In this document: one piece after another, positions 12,391 to 23,598 of the stretch | Position numbering within the stretch: position 1 is the stretch's first letter | Layout: every line of letters starts with the position of its first letter | Source of the DNA: Octopus vulgaris | Lineage: Eukaryota | Direction: 5' to 3' | Length of the DNA stretch: 64,000 bases | Assembly (NCBI GenBank): GCA_951406725.2 | Contig: OX597838.1 | Span: 27,156,001-27,220,000, forward strand | Translations under genes and position numbers: made by a program | The notes under the pieces: generated by a model | What the model was told of the DNA's origin: nothing | Seen by the model: the letters and a program-made list of their open reading frames with translations, nothing else | Database searches by the model: none

Positions 12391-12792
12391 GGCGCAGGAG
12401 TGGCTGTGTGGTAAGTAGCTTGCTAACCAACCACATGGTTCCGGGTTCAGTCCCACTGCATGGCATCTTGGGTAAGTGTCTTCTGCTATAGCCCGGGCCG
12501 ACCAATGCCTTGTGAGTGGATTTGGTAGACGGAAACTGAAAGAAGCCTGTTATATATATATATATATATATATATGTGTATGTGTATGTGTTTGTGTGTC
12601 TGTGTTTGTCCCCTTAGCATTGCTTGACAACCGATGCTGGTGTGTTTACGTCCCCGTCACTTGGTGGTTTGGCAAAAGAGACCGATAGAATAAGTACTGG
12701 GCTTACAAAGAATAAGTCCCGCTGTTGATTTGCTCAACTAAAGGCGGTGCTCCAGCATGGCCACAGTCAAATGACTGAAACAAGTAAAAGAG
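12391..12792 (+). mobile_element. tRNA-derived SINE family A, full length
   Basis: GGCGCAGGAGTGGCTGTGTGG (A-box-like), GGTTCAGTCCC (B-box-like), internal TA/TG tract, 3' AAACAAGTAAAAGAG. Confidence 0.85.
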
Positions 12793-12829
12793 AATAAAAA
12801 TAGAGTAAAACAAAAAATTTTGTATTATT

Positions 12830-13100
12830 GCACCAGAGGTACAAAACTACAGCTTCACAGAATTCTGGGTTACCATGGGTTGAATTTCATATTCAACCAA
12901 TGATTCTACTCTGAAACTTGGATGCATCCTTTCACTTGTATGATTCAGGAGCACCAGCTCAGACTGTTTGGACGTGTTGCCTGATTTTTCAAGTTAGACC
13001 CTGATTACTGGCTTGGTTGATGGTTTGTGTTGGTCAACCACATCCCATGTAGTCACGACAGATGAAGAGGTATCTTGTGGAGACGGGGACTGACTCCGCT
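12830..13100 (+). pseudogene. Decayed LINE (RTE-like) C-terminal fragment
   Basis: Frame-broken LHRILGY...MIQEHQLRLFGRVA*FFKLDP resembles the post-RT 'LRxFGHV' motif. Confidence 0.5.
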
Positions 13101-13134
13101 CAACAGGTCACCCATTTGGACCCAGTAATATACC

Positions 13135-13348
13135 TATTTCTTTATTACCCACAAGGGGCTAAACATAGAGGGGACAAACAAGGACAGACATAGGTATTAA
13201 GTCGATTACATCGACCCCAGTGCTTAATTTATCGACCCCGAAAGGATGAAAGGCAAAGTCGACCTCGGTGGAATTTGAACTCACAATGTAACGGCAGACG
13301 AAATACCGCAAAGCATTTCACCCGGCGTGCTAACGCTTCTGCCAGCAC
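13135..13348 (-). mobile_element. SINE family B monomer with 16-bp TSD
   Basis: GACCCAGTAATATACC at 13119-13134 and 13349-13364. Confidence 0.85.
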
Positions 13349-14044
13349 GACCCAGTAATATACCAACAAATGGTTAATGCAGCAATATGCTGCAACAGTG
13401 CATGCCCCCACCTTCACCACAACCACAACCATAACCATGCCTGGCCTGGCTGGCTCCAGTGATGACCTAGGGTGGTTCAGTGCCTGAAGGGTGTTAAGAT
13501 ACTTAAACTCCAGTTTCACATTCCTAAGTTAAATTTAATATGTCGTTAAAGAAAATGTAACTTTTTCCTCATTTTCTCTTCCATCTTCCTTCAGCATTGC
13601 CTTTAGCTACTGGAATAAACTATAGAGAAAAATAGCTATCTACATATCATACTTAATGTATACACACAGTCAAATCTCTTATGGATTTGCTGTGTTAAAA
13701 ACACAATAAATATTAGAGCAAGATTTCAAAATCCATTTCAGCAGAAGCCAGCAAGAGTGTCAACTACACTTTGGCCCTTTGGAGCCATTTGAGCCATTTC
13801 AATGGCACATTCTCGCTACCAGCCACACACTAAATTTTTTCTGTGCAATTAAAAAGAATGTAACTTTTCCCTCGTTTCTCTTTTTTCTTTCACCTTTTCC
13901 TTAAATTCCTGGGGTAAATTATGAAGAAAAACATTTATCTAATTTTGGTTTTGTTTTTAATATCATATAATTTAGCTACAAGCAAGTAAAATGATAGAAA
14001 TTTGACTGATTCTTTCATTGCTATTTTAACAAATGCATTGAAAA

Positions 14045-14095
14045 CTACGCTTCCCTGATGAAGTCGTAATAAGGCTGAAACATATCCAGAGTTGT
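14045..14095 (+). ncRNA. Degenerate hammerhead-like motif
   Basis: CTGATGA-AGTC(gtaataa)GGCT-GAAA-CATA-TC; stems I and III eroded; follows a diverged ~305-bp direct repeat (13545/13850). Confidence 0.45.
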
Positions 14096-15508
14096 CTCAT
14101 ATATTTGCGGTAAAATTGCAAATGATATTAGTCATTATCATCAAGAATACTATCATCGATAGTGCTATCATCAACAACACTATCATAATCATCAGCAACA
14201 TTATCATTATCAATTTTATTACTCATCAATATTATCATCATCAACAATATCATTAACATCATCATCAACAATATTATAAACATTATCATTACCATCATCG
14301 TCATCATCATCACCATCATCAACAATATTATAAACATTATCATTACCATCATCGGCATCGTCATCTCCACCACCATCACCACCACCACCCTTGCCACGAC
14401 AGTGACAATGACCACGACCACCATCATCATTATGGTCATCATCATCATCATCATCATCATCAAAATAATTACCACAGCCACTGCCACCACCACTTCCACC
14501 ACCACCACCACCATCACCACCATCATCATCATCACTACAACCACTGCCACAGTGACGAGTACCACCACCACCATCCCCGCCACATCATCAGCATCGTCAT
14601 CATCATCATCATCAAAATAATCACCACTTCCACCACCACTACCATCACCATCATCATCACTACAACCACTGCCACAACGACAGCAACGACAACGAGTACC
14701 ACCACCACCACCATCCCCGCCACCATCATCAGCATCAGCACCGTCATCATCGTCGTCATTATCATCGTCATCATCATCATCATCATCATCATCTCCATTG
14801 TTTTCCCCTTGTCGTTAATAATATATTCCAAGGCAGATTTTTTTTCACTACTCACTAAGTCAAACATGTCAACATGAACTTAACCATTGTTTTCACAAAC
14901 GAACGTTTATAACGAAATTATTTATTCTCCAACTGGACCATGTACCAAACTCAACTTTGCTTTTCATTCATCCATGGTCGATAAAATACAAAAAGAAAAA
15001 ACAAACAATTGTGTACTGAGATCAATAAAATCGGTTTATCCGAATCAATAGAATTGATCACCCATTGATGGATAACTTTGTTCATGAAAAGAAATCAAGT
15101 AATTATCTTTATTTATCTGCACTAATGCATGGATTAATGATGTTAGTAAAAATTGTTATGTAATTGATGTCTTTTGTCTTTTGTTTGTATCAGATCATTA
15201 AAGTGTGGCCATGCTGTGGCACTGCCTTGAAGGGTTCAAGTTGAATAAATCAACCCCAGTTGTTATGTGAGGAGCAGGGGACATTCGCATAAACACAGAC
15301 ACATAGACACACACAAACGTATGTGTGTGTGTGTGTGTGTATCTTTTATTTGTTTTAGTCATGCTGGGACACCGCCTCAAATACAAGATGATGAATGATG
15401 ATGATGATGGCATGGATTGAACGGTTTAACAGGAGGTGACCAGCTGAAGGGTTGTCCAAGCTCCTTGTCTGTTTTGGCATGGTTTCTATGGCTGGATGCC
15501 CTTCCTAA

Positions 15509-15674
15509 CAGGGCCAGATCAAGGAACTGGCAACTCGGGCAGTCACAGGGGACGACATGTACTACGGGGCACCAAGGAGGGCGTGACACAGACAAGGAAA
15601 TTTCCATGACTATCAGCCTGTACACACCGAAGTTCAGCTTGCCCGGGGCACCAGCAACCCTAGGGCAAGCCCTA
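15509..15674. mobile_element. hAT-type MITE inserted in a family C SINE
   Basis: 8-bp TSD CTTCCTAA (15501-15508, 15675-15682); ends CAGGGC...GCCCTA. Confidence 0.7.
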
Positions 15675-15956
15675 CTTCCTAATGCCAACCACTTTACAGA
15701 GTGTACTGGGTACTTTTTACACAGCACTGGCACAAGTGCTCTTACGTGACACCAGCATGGGTGCTTTTTACATGGTACCAGCACCCATGAACCAAATGAA
15801 CAAATGTACATAAATAATGTTTATATGTTATTGAGGTTTTCTATGGGACATTCTACCATTACTCTTTATTATGAGTGGCTATGAGCTCTACCATATTATA
15901 CATGTGTGTGTTATGTATGTGTGTGTGCATTCATGTATGTATATATGCATGCATGC

Positions 15957-15989
<33 letters not shown>

Positions 15990-16038
15990 TGTATGTATGT
16001 ATGTATGTATGTATGTATGTATGTATGTATGTTCTTAA

Positions 16039-16329
16039 GAAGTTCTTAAGCAGATAAGGCTGAAAATGTCGCTAGAAGCTGGGATCACCAAGCATAGATT
16101 GGCGTATTTTGGTCATATTATGCGGAGAGAATCCCTGGAGAAGGACATCATGCTCGGAATGGTCAGTGGCAAGAGAGGAAGAGGCCGACCAAGAACCCAC
16201 TGGCTTGACACCATCAGGAGTCATACCGGAATGGACATGGCCAATCTGAAGGGAGTGGCCCAGGATAGAACTGACTGGAGGACACTGATCCAACGAGTGA
16301 CCAAGAGTCGACTTCGACTGAACGGATAG
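16039..16329 (+). pseudogene. 5'-truncated RTE/BovB-like LINE 3' end
   Basis: RLAYFGHIMRRESLEKDIMLGMVSGKRGRGRPRTHWLDTI...AQDRTDWRTLIQRVTKSRLRLNG*, followed by a (GA)n tail. Confidence 0.85.
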
Positions 16330-16345
16330 AGAGAGAGAGAGTATG

Positions 16346-16376
<31 letters not shown>

Positions 16377-16642
16377 GTATGTATGTATGTATGTATGTAA
16401 GTATGTATGTATGTATGTATGTCATTATTCAGTTTTATTTCAAGATTTCTTGCCAATAGAGAAAGGTCTAGTTTCTAACCTAGATCCAAGGCTCCTTCAC
16501 TGGAATTTCAACATCAACAATAGTGTGTTTTTGTATGTATGTGTGTGTTCATGAAGATTTGTATGTTTTGCTTTATATGTTTCTCATGCATATATATGTA
16601 TGCATGTATGTGTATATGTATGTATGTATATATGTATGTATA

Positions 16643-17005
16643 TGCCTCAGTGAAGCTGGACTCAAGAGTCATCTTCGTAGTCATAAAGTGAGACAGATGA
16701 GTGACAACCTGGCCACTGGTGGTGGTGTAACACACCATACTAATCATATCTGTTGGGCATGTGGAAGAGAGTGTAATTTGGCAGGAGGACTTAAATGACA
16801 TGCAAAGGTACATGAAGCCCAGTTACAACTACAGCCAGCTATTACCAGGTAAAGGTTTTAGTTGCCAATTCTGTACAAGACATTGAAGATCTTTAGCTGG
16901 GCTAAAAGGTCACATTCGATCACAGCACCAATAACAGTTAAGCTTCGTGCAATGGCCATACTCGATAACGAGGGGGCAGCCATAATAATAATAACAATAA
17001 TAATA
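16643..17005 (+). pseudogene. LINE (RTE-like) 3' end with three C2H2-like zinc fingers, short 3' UTR and (TAA)n tail
   Basis: CLSEAGLKSHLRSH / CWACGRECNLAGGLK*HAKVH / CQFCTRH*RSLAGLKGHIRSQH*; two stops and one frameshift. Confidence 0.65.
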
Positions 17006-17467
17006 TATGTATGTATTATGTATATATGTATGTATGTATGTATGATGTATGTATGTATGTATGTATGTATGTATGTGTGTGTGTGTATGTATGTGCGTGT
17101 ATGCATGCATGTATGCATATATGTAAACCAGAAGTCATTTATTATAATCATGACTTGTGATCAAATAGATATTGTGATCAAAATTTTCAAATAACCTACT
17201 CGACTACTACAACTGATGCTTTGTCTATAATCTCCACGATGGCCAGAACAAAATCACGTTAGCTACTAAAACATGATAGGTGAATGGTGATGGTGAGGAT
17301 GGTGTGAAATGGTATGGTGGTGGTGGTCGGAATGGTGATACTGGTGTATTAAAGTTTAGTTGGTGTGTCTGGCAGGATTGGTGTGGGAAGTCAATTCATT
17401 TGGAGGAATCAATGCTCCGGGTATTGTTGTCTACTTAATCAATTGTCTTGAAGGTCTGAATTGAGCA

Positions 17468-17496
<29 letters not shown>

Positions 17497-17501
<5 letters not shown>

Positions 17502-17699
17502 GGTTCGATCAATAAGTATCTGGACTGTTGCCATAGTAACGAAGCGAAAGCATGCAGAGTGAAGCCGCATGGCACAGATTGACCCTGACCTCTGCTGTGC
17601 ATGTGCACTAAGTTTTAACGTTCTAGCTCACTTCCACTCTTTACAGCAGTGCTTGGAAGGAACGTGTGTAGCGTGTGATCGTCGCATTGACCATGACAG
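17497..17699 (+). mobile_element. 5' end of a mariner-like DNA transposon, truncated at the putative start codon
   Basis: Starts ..AAGGTTCGATCAATAAGTATC (mariner-TIR-like) and ends ...GACCATGACAG; assignment from recollection of similar elements. Confidence 0.45.
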
Positions 17700-17904
17700 T
17701 GCCTGATGATTTGGGCAGTGCCTGATGATTGTGCTAGGACACCAGACGTGTTAAAAAATACTGTCTGGTATGCGTACAGCACATAAGTCTAATAGTAGCA
17801 CATAAAAATAAACATCGCATTTATTAAATAATATCTGTCACCAGATTGAGAACTTTTCTGTTTATCTTACCATCATGGAACAGTACACTATATATAATTG
17901 AATT

Positions 17905-17942
<38 letters not shown>

Positions 17943-18259
17943 GAATTTAAATTATTATAATTCGAATTAGGTTATGGCCATGAAACGTACGTAGTGGTTT
18001 CACTTATCTTAAAATAAACTTTTTAATACTTTTTGATAGTTATATATAATTATAAAAAAAAAAATTATAAATATATATATATATATATATAAATATAAAT
18101 ATAAATATAAATTAATAATTTTAAATTGAAATAATTTAAATTTTAAATTTTATATTTCATATATTTTGTAAATTATATTAATTATTTTTATTTTTATGTT
18201 TTGGTTTATGTTTTTCACTGTTTGATTTGCCTAATAGTGGTTTTATCTCTAATTTAATT

Positions 18260-18309
<50 letters not shown>

Positions 18310-18404
18310 TGTATGTATGTATGTATGTATGTATAGATATACTTATATCTATATACATACAAATGTAAATATGTGCATGTGTGTGTGAGTGGGTGTGTAT
18401 GTGT

Positions 18405-18642
18405 GTATATGTTAAAAATGGGGAAGGCTGATTTATGGGATTACCTTCGGTTTCCTGTCTATAAAGGGTTTAGCTTTATGGCATATCATCAGATCCCAAA
18501 ACCTGTTGGCCCAAGGCCTCTTAAGAAGAACTTGGACCAACAGGTTTTGGGATCTGACAATACACCATAAAGCTAAACCATTTATTAGACAGAAAACCTA
18601 TGGTAATCCCATAAACTGGCCTTCCCCATTTTTAATATATAC
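18405..18642. mobile_element. Palindromic MITE-like element (~100-bp arms)
   Basis: TTAAAAATGGGGAAGG...CCCAAAACCTGTTGG / CCAACAGGTTTTGGG...CCTTCCCCATTTTTAA; half copy at ~43839-43925. Confidence 0.7.
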
Positions 18643-18691
18643 TGCTCTATATCTTTGAGTGTGCTTCTTCTTTCGGATTTATGTTTTTTAC

Positions 18692-18740
<49 letters not shown>

Positions 18741-18834
18741 ATCCAAACAAGAAAACACAGAAAAGAAACACAGCAACGCGAGGACGTGGAACAATTAAAG
18801 TATTATTTGACGCTCAGGAAAGAAGGGAAGGAGG

Positions 18835-18869
18835 GTTTAACGTTTCGAGCGGAGCTCTTCGTCGGAAAC
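18835..18869 (-). ncRNA. Minimal hammerhead-like motif in a dispersed (TA)n-adjacent repeat
   Basis: GTTT-CCGACGAA-GAGC(tcc)GCTC-GAAA-CG-TT-AAAC. Confidence 0.55.
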
Positions 18870-19143
18870 AAAGGAGAAAGAAAGATCCCGAGAAGGGAAG
18901 ACAGAGGAAAAAAATTTGTTTGCTGGTGGTGCTCAAGAGATCACATGTTGAAAGAACAGAAGTTGAAAGGTAGACGAATCATGATTTTTAAAAACAAGAG
19001 AGTTTCAAAGACAAGGAATGTGTGTGGGTGCGTGTGTGTGTGCAAGGATGACAAGTGTGTTTGTGCGTGCGTGCGTGTGTGTGTGTATGTATGGTGAATA
19101 ACAGGCATGGCAGGCCAGCTGTCATAAAGGAGTGGCACATACA

Positions 19144-19190
<47 letters not shown>

Positions 19191-19849
19191 GTATGATGTT
19201 ATATGTGAAAAATCATTCGTGGTTCTGTTTCTCCTCCTAGAATCTCCTCCAAGAGTATTCAATCAATAAAATTGTGATTTTCAATAGGAGTTTATTGAAG
19301 TACTCCTCATTATGATGAAAGAACTTCATAAAAAAAAAAAATGTCAAGATTTGTGTTTGCATGAAAGATCTAAAATTACTGGGGTACTAAGAACTAAGAT
19401 AAGTTGGACCGAAATGGATCAATACCATGCTACTGCTCATTTAGAAATTTCACTGCCGCCACTGAGTAACATTTTTGAAAGTGAAATGGTCTGACATTGA
19501 AAAATCAGTCAAGTATAAACCACAAGGGAGGTAAACTGGTACATATGGCTGATTTGAATCAGCAGCGAAAATTTGAATTAGCAATGTTTGGGGAAAGAAT
19601 ACCTCAGTTAATGGAGTGTTGATGTTTCAAAAAAGCAGAAATATTTTCAAGAGAAATGGGTAGATTAAATTTCATGCCAAATGTTTCAGGTGTGGCTGTG
19701 TGGTTAAGAACTTTGCTTTGTAATTTATTTGGTTTCTGGTACAGTCTCAATGTGTGACACTTTGAACAAGTATCTTCTAGACTACAGCACTGGGCTAACC
19801 AAAGCTTTGTGAGTGGATTTTCGCAGATGGGAAAATTAAGCAAAGCATG

Positions 19850-19929
<80 letters not shown>

Positions 19930-20432
19930 AATATAAGAGAGTGGTCACTATATTGATATATATATATATATAACCTATTTATATAACCTATTTATATAAC
20001 CTATATAACCGTGTAAGGTGGCGAGCTGGCAGACACGTTAGCGCGCCGGGCAAAATGTTTAGCGGTATTTTGTCTGTCGTTACGTTCTGAGTTCAAATTC
20101 TGCCGAGGTCAACTTTGCCTTTCATCATTTCAGGGTCGATAAATAAAGTACCAGTTTCGCACTGGGGGGCGATATAATCGACTCAATTCCTTTGTCTGTC
20201 CTTGTTTGTCCCCTCTATGTTTAGCCCCTTGTGGGCAGTAAAGAAATATATATATAACCTTGTATATGTATTGGTGCCATGTAAAAGCACTGTATACAGT
20301 GATTGACATTCGGAAAGGCATCCAACCATAGAAACTCTTGGAGCCTGGTGCTGCTCCCTGGCTTGCCAGCTCTGGTCAAATCATTCAACCCATGCCAGCA
20401 GGGAAAATGGATGTTAAATGATAATGATGGTG

Positions 20433-20463
<31 letters not shown>

Positions 20464-20547
20464 ATCCAAACATGAAAACACAACAACACGAGGACATGGA
20501 ACAAATATAGTATTATTGGACACTCAGGAAGGAAGGGAAGAAGGAGG

Positions 20548-20582
20548 GTTTAACGTTTCGAGTGGAGCTCTTCATCAGAAAC
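20548..20582 (-). ncRNA. Minimal hammerhead motif, same family as 18835
   Basis: GTTT-CTGATGAA-GAG(ctcca)CTC-GAAA-CG-TT-AAAC. Confidence 0.6.
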
Positions 20583-21093
20583 ATAGGAGAAGCAAAGATC
20601 CGGGAAAGGGAAGACAGAGGAAAAAAAATCTCCAACGGTACACATGCGGTCACATTATATATATTCATATATATAAATGCATAACACACACACACATACA
20701 CACAAACGCACAGACACACATGTGTGCATGTGTCTTTTGAATAATTTGTAGCGCAAAAACATAAGATGATAGTTGTTAGGAGTGGTTTGGTATTTTCTAC
20801 ACACCATACAGGTCAGGCACAAACACACACACACACACACACACACTCACATGCACTTACACCCCCACATCTCTACACATCATAAAATTACAATTAAAAA
20901 TAGTAAATTGCTCCAAGTGACTCCACTTATAAATAGTAAAACCATTCAAAATCAAATAGCTTAGATTTCAGTTATTTCCAGATTATTCATACATAGAAGT
21001 GCATCTATTTCTTTCTTTCTTTCTTTTTTTTACTTTTACCCTATATATATATACACACACACACATATATATATTAAATACATATACACATGC

Positions 21094-21152
<59 letters not shown>

Positions 21153-21154
21153 CA

Positions 21155-21220
<66 letters not shown>

Positions 21221-21240
21221 TCTGTGTGTGTATTGCTCTC

Positions 21241-21306
<66 letters not shown>

Positions 21307-21919
21307 ATCCTTTTATTCTTTTACTTGTTTCAGTCATGTGACTGCAGCCATGCTGGAGCACTGCCTTTACTTGAACAAATTGACCCCAGGATTTATTCTT
21401 TGCAAGCTTAGTACTTATTCTATCGGTCTGTTTTGCCAAACTACTAAGTTATGGAGACGTAAACACACCAACATCTGTTTTCAATCAATGGTGGGGGCAC
21501 AGACACAGACACATATATATGTGTATGTATAAATATATATGTGTAAGTATAAAGATATATATATATACTCACACATATAAATATATATGTGTATGTATAA
21601 ATATATATATGACAGGCTTCTTTCAGTTTCCATGTACCAAATCCACTCACAAGGCTTTGGTCAGCCCAAGGCTATAGTAGAAGACACTTGCCCAAGATGC
21701 CACACAGTGAGACTGAACCTGGAACCATGTGGTTGGGAAGCAATCTTCTTACTACAGACAGAGAGGGAGAGTGGTGTGTAGTTAAGAAATTTGCTCCCCA
21801 ACGACTTGATTTCAGGTTCAGTCCCACCGCATAGCACCTTGGGTAAGTGTCTTTGACTATTGCAATGGGCTGACCAAATCCTTGTGAGTGGATTTGGTAG
21901 ACAGAACCAGAAATAATCT

Positions 21920-22257
21920 GTTGAAAGAGAAAAAGTTGATAAATATGAAGACCTGAGAATTGAGATCGCTAAGATGTGGCAGCTACAAGAGTCGATCATA
22001 AAGGTTATCCCTATTGTCATCGGAGCATTGGGTTCAATACCACCCAATCTGCAAAAAAACATCTGAAAACCTTAGAGATACCCTACAATCTAGATGTATT
22101 GCAAAAGTCGGCATTACTTGGAACTGCACGCATATTGCGTAAAGTACTGTCTGTCTGAAGTCCTTGTTGCGACTTGACAAACAGTACAAACCCCCGGTAG
22201 ACACAACATCTTCAATCAACAACCTCATGATATTGTATACTGTGCAACATCTATAAT
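21920..22257 (+). pseudogene. R4/Dong-type LINE 3' fragment (RLE domain end) with (TAA)n tail
   Basis: EREKVDKYEDLRIEIAKMWQL...VIPIVIGALGSIP...LQKSALLGTARILRKVLSV*. Confidence 0.8.
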
Positions 22258-22519
22258 AATAATAATAATAATAATATTAATTGCAATAATAATAACCATG
22301 GTTTCAAATTTTGCCCCAAGGGTAGCAATTTTTTGGGGGAGGGGATGAGTTGATTACATCGACCTCAGTGTTCAACTGGTACTTAATTTATTGGCCGTGA
22401 AAGGATGAAAAGCAAAGTTGACCTCGGCGGAATTTGAACTCAGAATGTAGCGAAAGGTTAAATACTGCTAAGCATTTTGTCTAGTGAGTGAATGATTCTG
22501 CCAGCTTGCTGCCGTAATG

Positions 22520-22573
<54 letters not shown>

Positions 22574-22574
22574 T

Positions 22575-22960
22575 AAAGATCTGGAAATAGAAATCAGCAA
22601 AATGTGGAACCTGAAGACTAAAACAATACCTGTTGACATAGGTGCCCTGGGAATGATAGCAAAAGGGGCTGATTGCTACCTAACCAGGAAACCCCAAAAT
22701 GGCAGAAATTCAAAAGATAGTGCTCATGGAAACTGCTCATATCCTATGCAAAATACTTTCTTTGTAATCTCAAGTTTTAAAACAAACATAATTTTCGTAT
22801 GGTTTTGTAGGCATTCACTAGTACAACACTAAGGACAAAACCAAATATATGGCACCCTAGGCATAACACCAACATGAACTTCCAACTTGTTGTCTTTTGA
22901 GGTCTCTGGGTGAGACTTGGAGCCAGCTTGTGCAAATGTAAAGCAAAAGTCAAACATATA
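22575..22960 (+). pseudogene. R4/Dong-type LINE 3' fragment between (TAA)n tracts
   Basis: KDLEIEISKMWNLKTKTIPVDIGALGMI...MAEIQKIVLMETAHIL. Confidence 0.8.
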
Positions 22961-23009
<49 letters not shown>

Positions 23010-23598
23010 TAATAATAAAAAATGAAAAAAATGATGATGCTAAGATCCTCTCTGGTCGAACACAACTTCTCTATTCACAAACAATACAGAACAGCCCTTC
23101 CTTAATTTTTCTTAAGCCTAATAGTAGTAAACATCTGAACTTTTTTTGACGGATAGGACCCCCCCCAAAAAAAAATAATAAAAAAAAAATAATAAAATAT
23201 CACTGATGGTGATGGTGATGATGGTGATGATGATAATAATGATAGTAGTAGTGCTGATAATCTATCTATCTATCTACACACACACTCAAAGAGTTCAACT
23301 AACACAAAACCTCACCTTGGCTCTATTGTTAACCAAATATGAAAGTATTATTTGACAGGCAAGAACTCTGGCATTGAAGACAGTCAGCCAGCCAACCACC
23401 AAGCCAGCCAACGAGACAGACAGACACTACTGTGATGGTGATGATGATAAAAAATAACAATAATAAGATACTGCTGTGACTACACATAAAACAATATCAT
23501 TGATGATGATGATGGTGATGGTGATGATGATAATGATGATGGTAATGGTGGTGATAATGATGATAGTGATAATAATGGTGATGATAATAACAATAATA

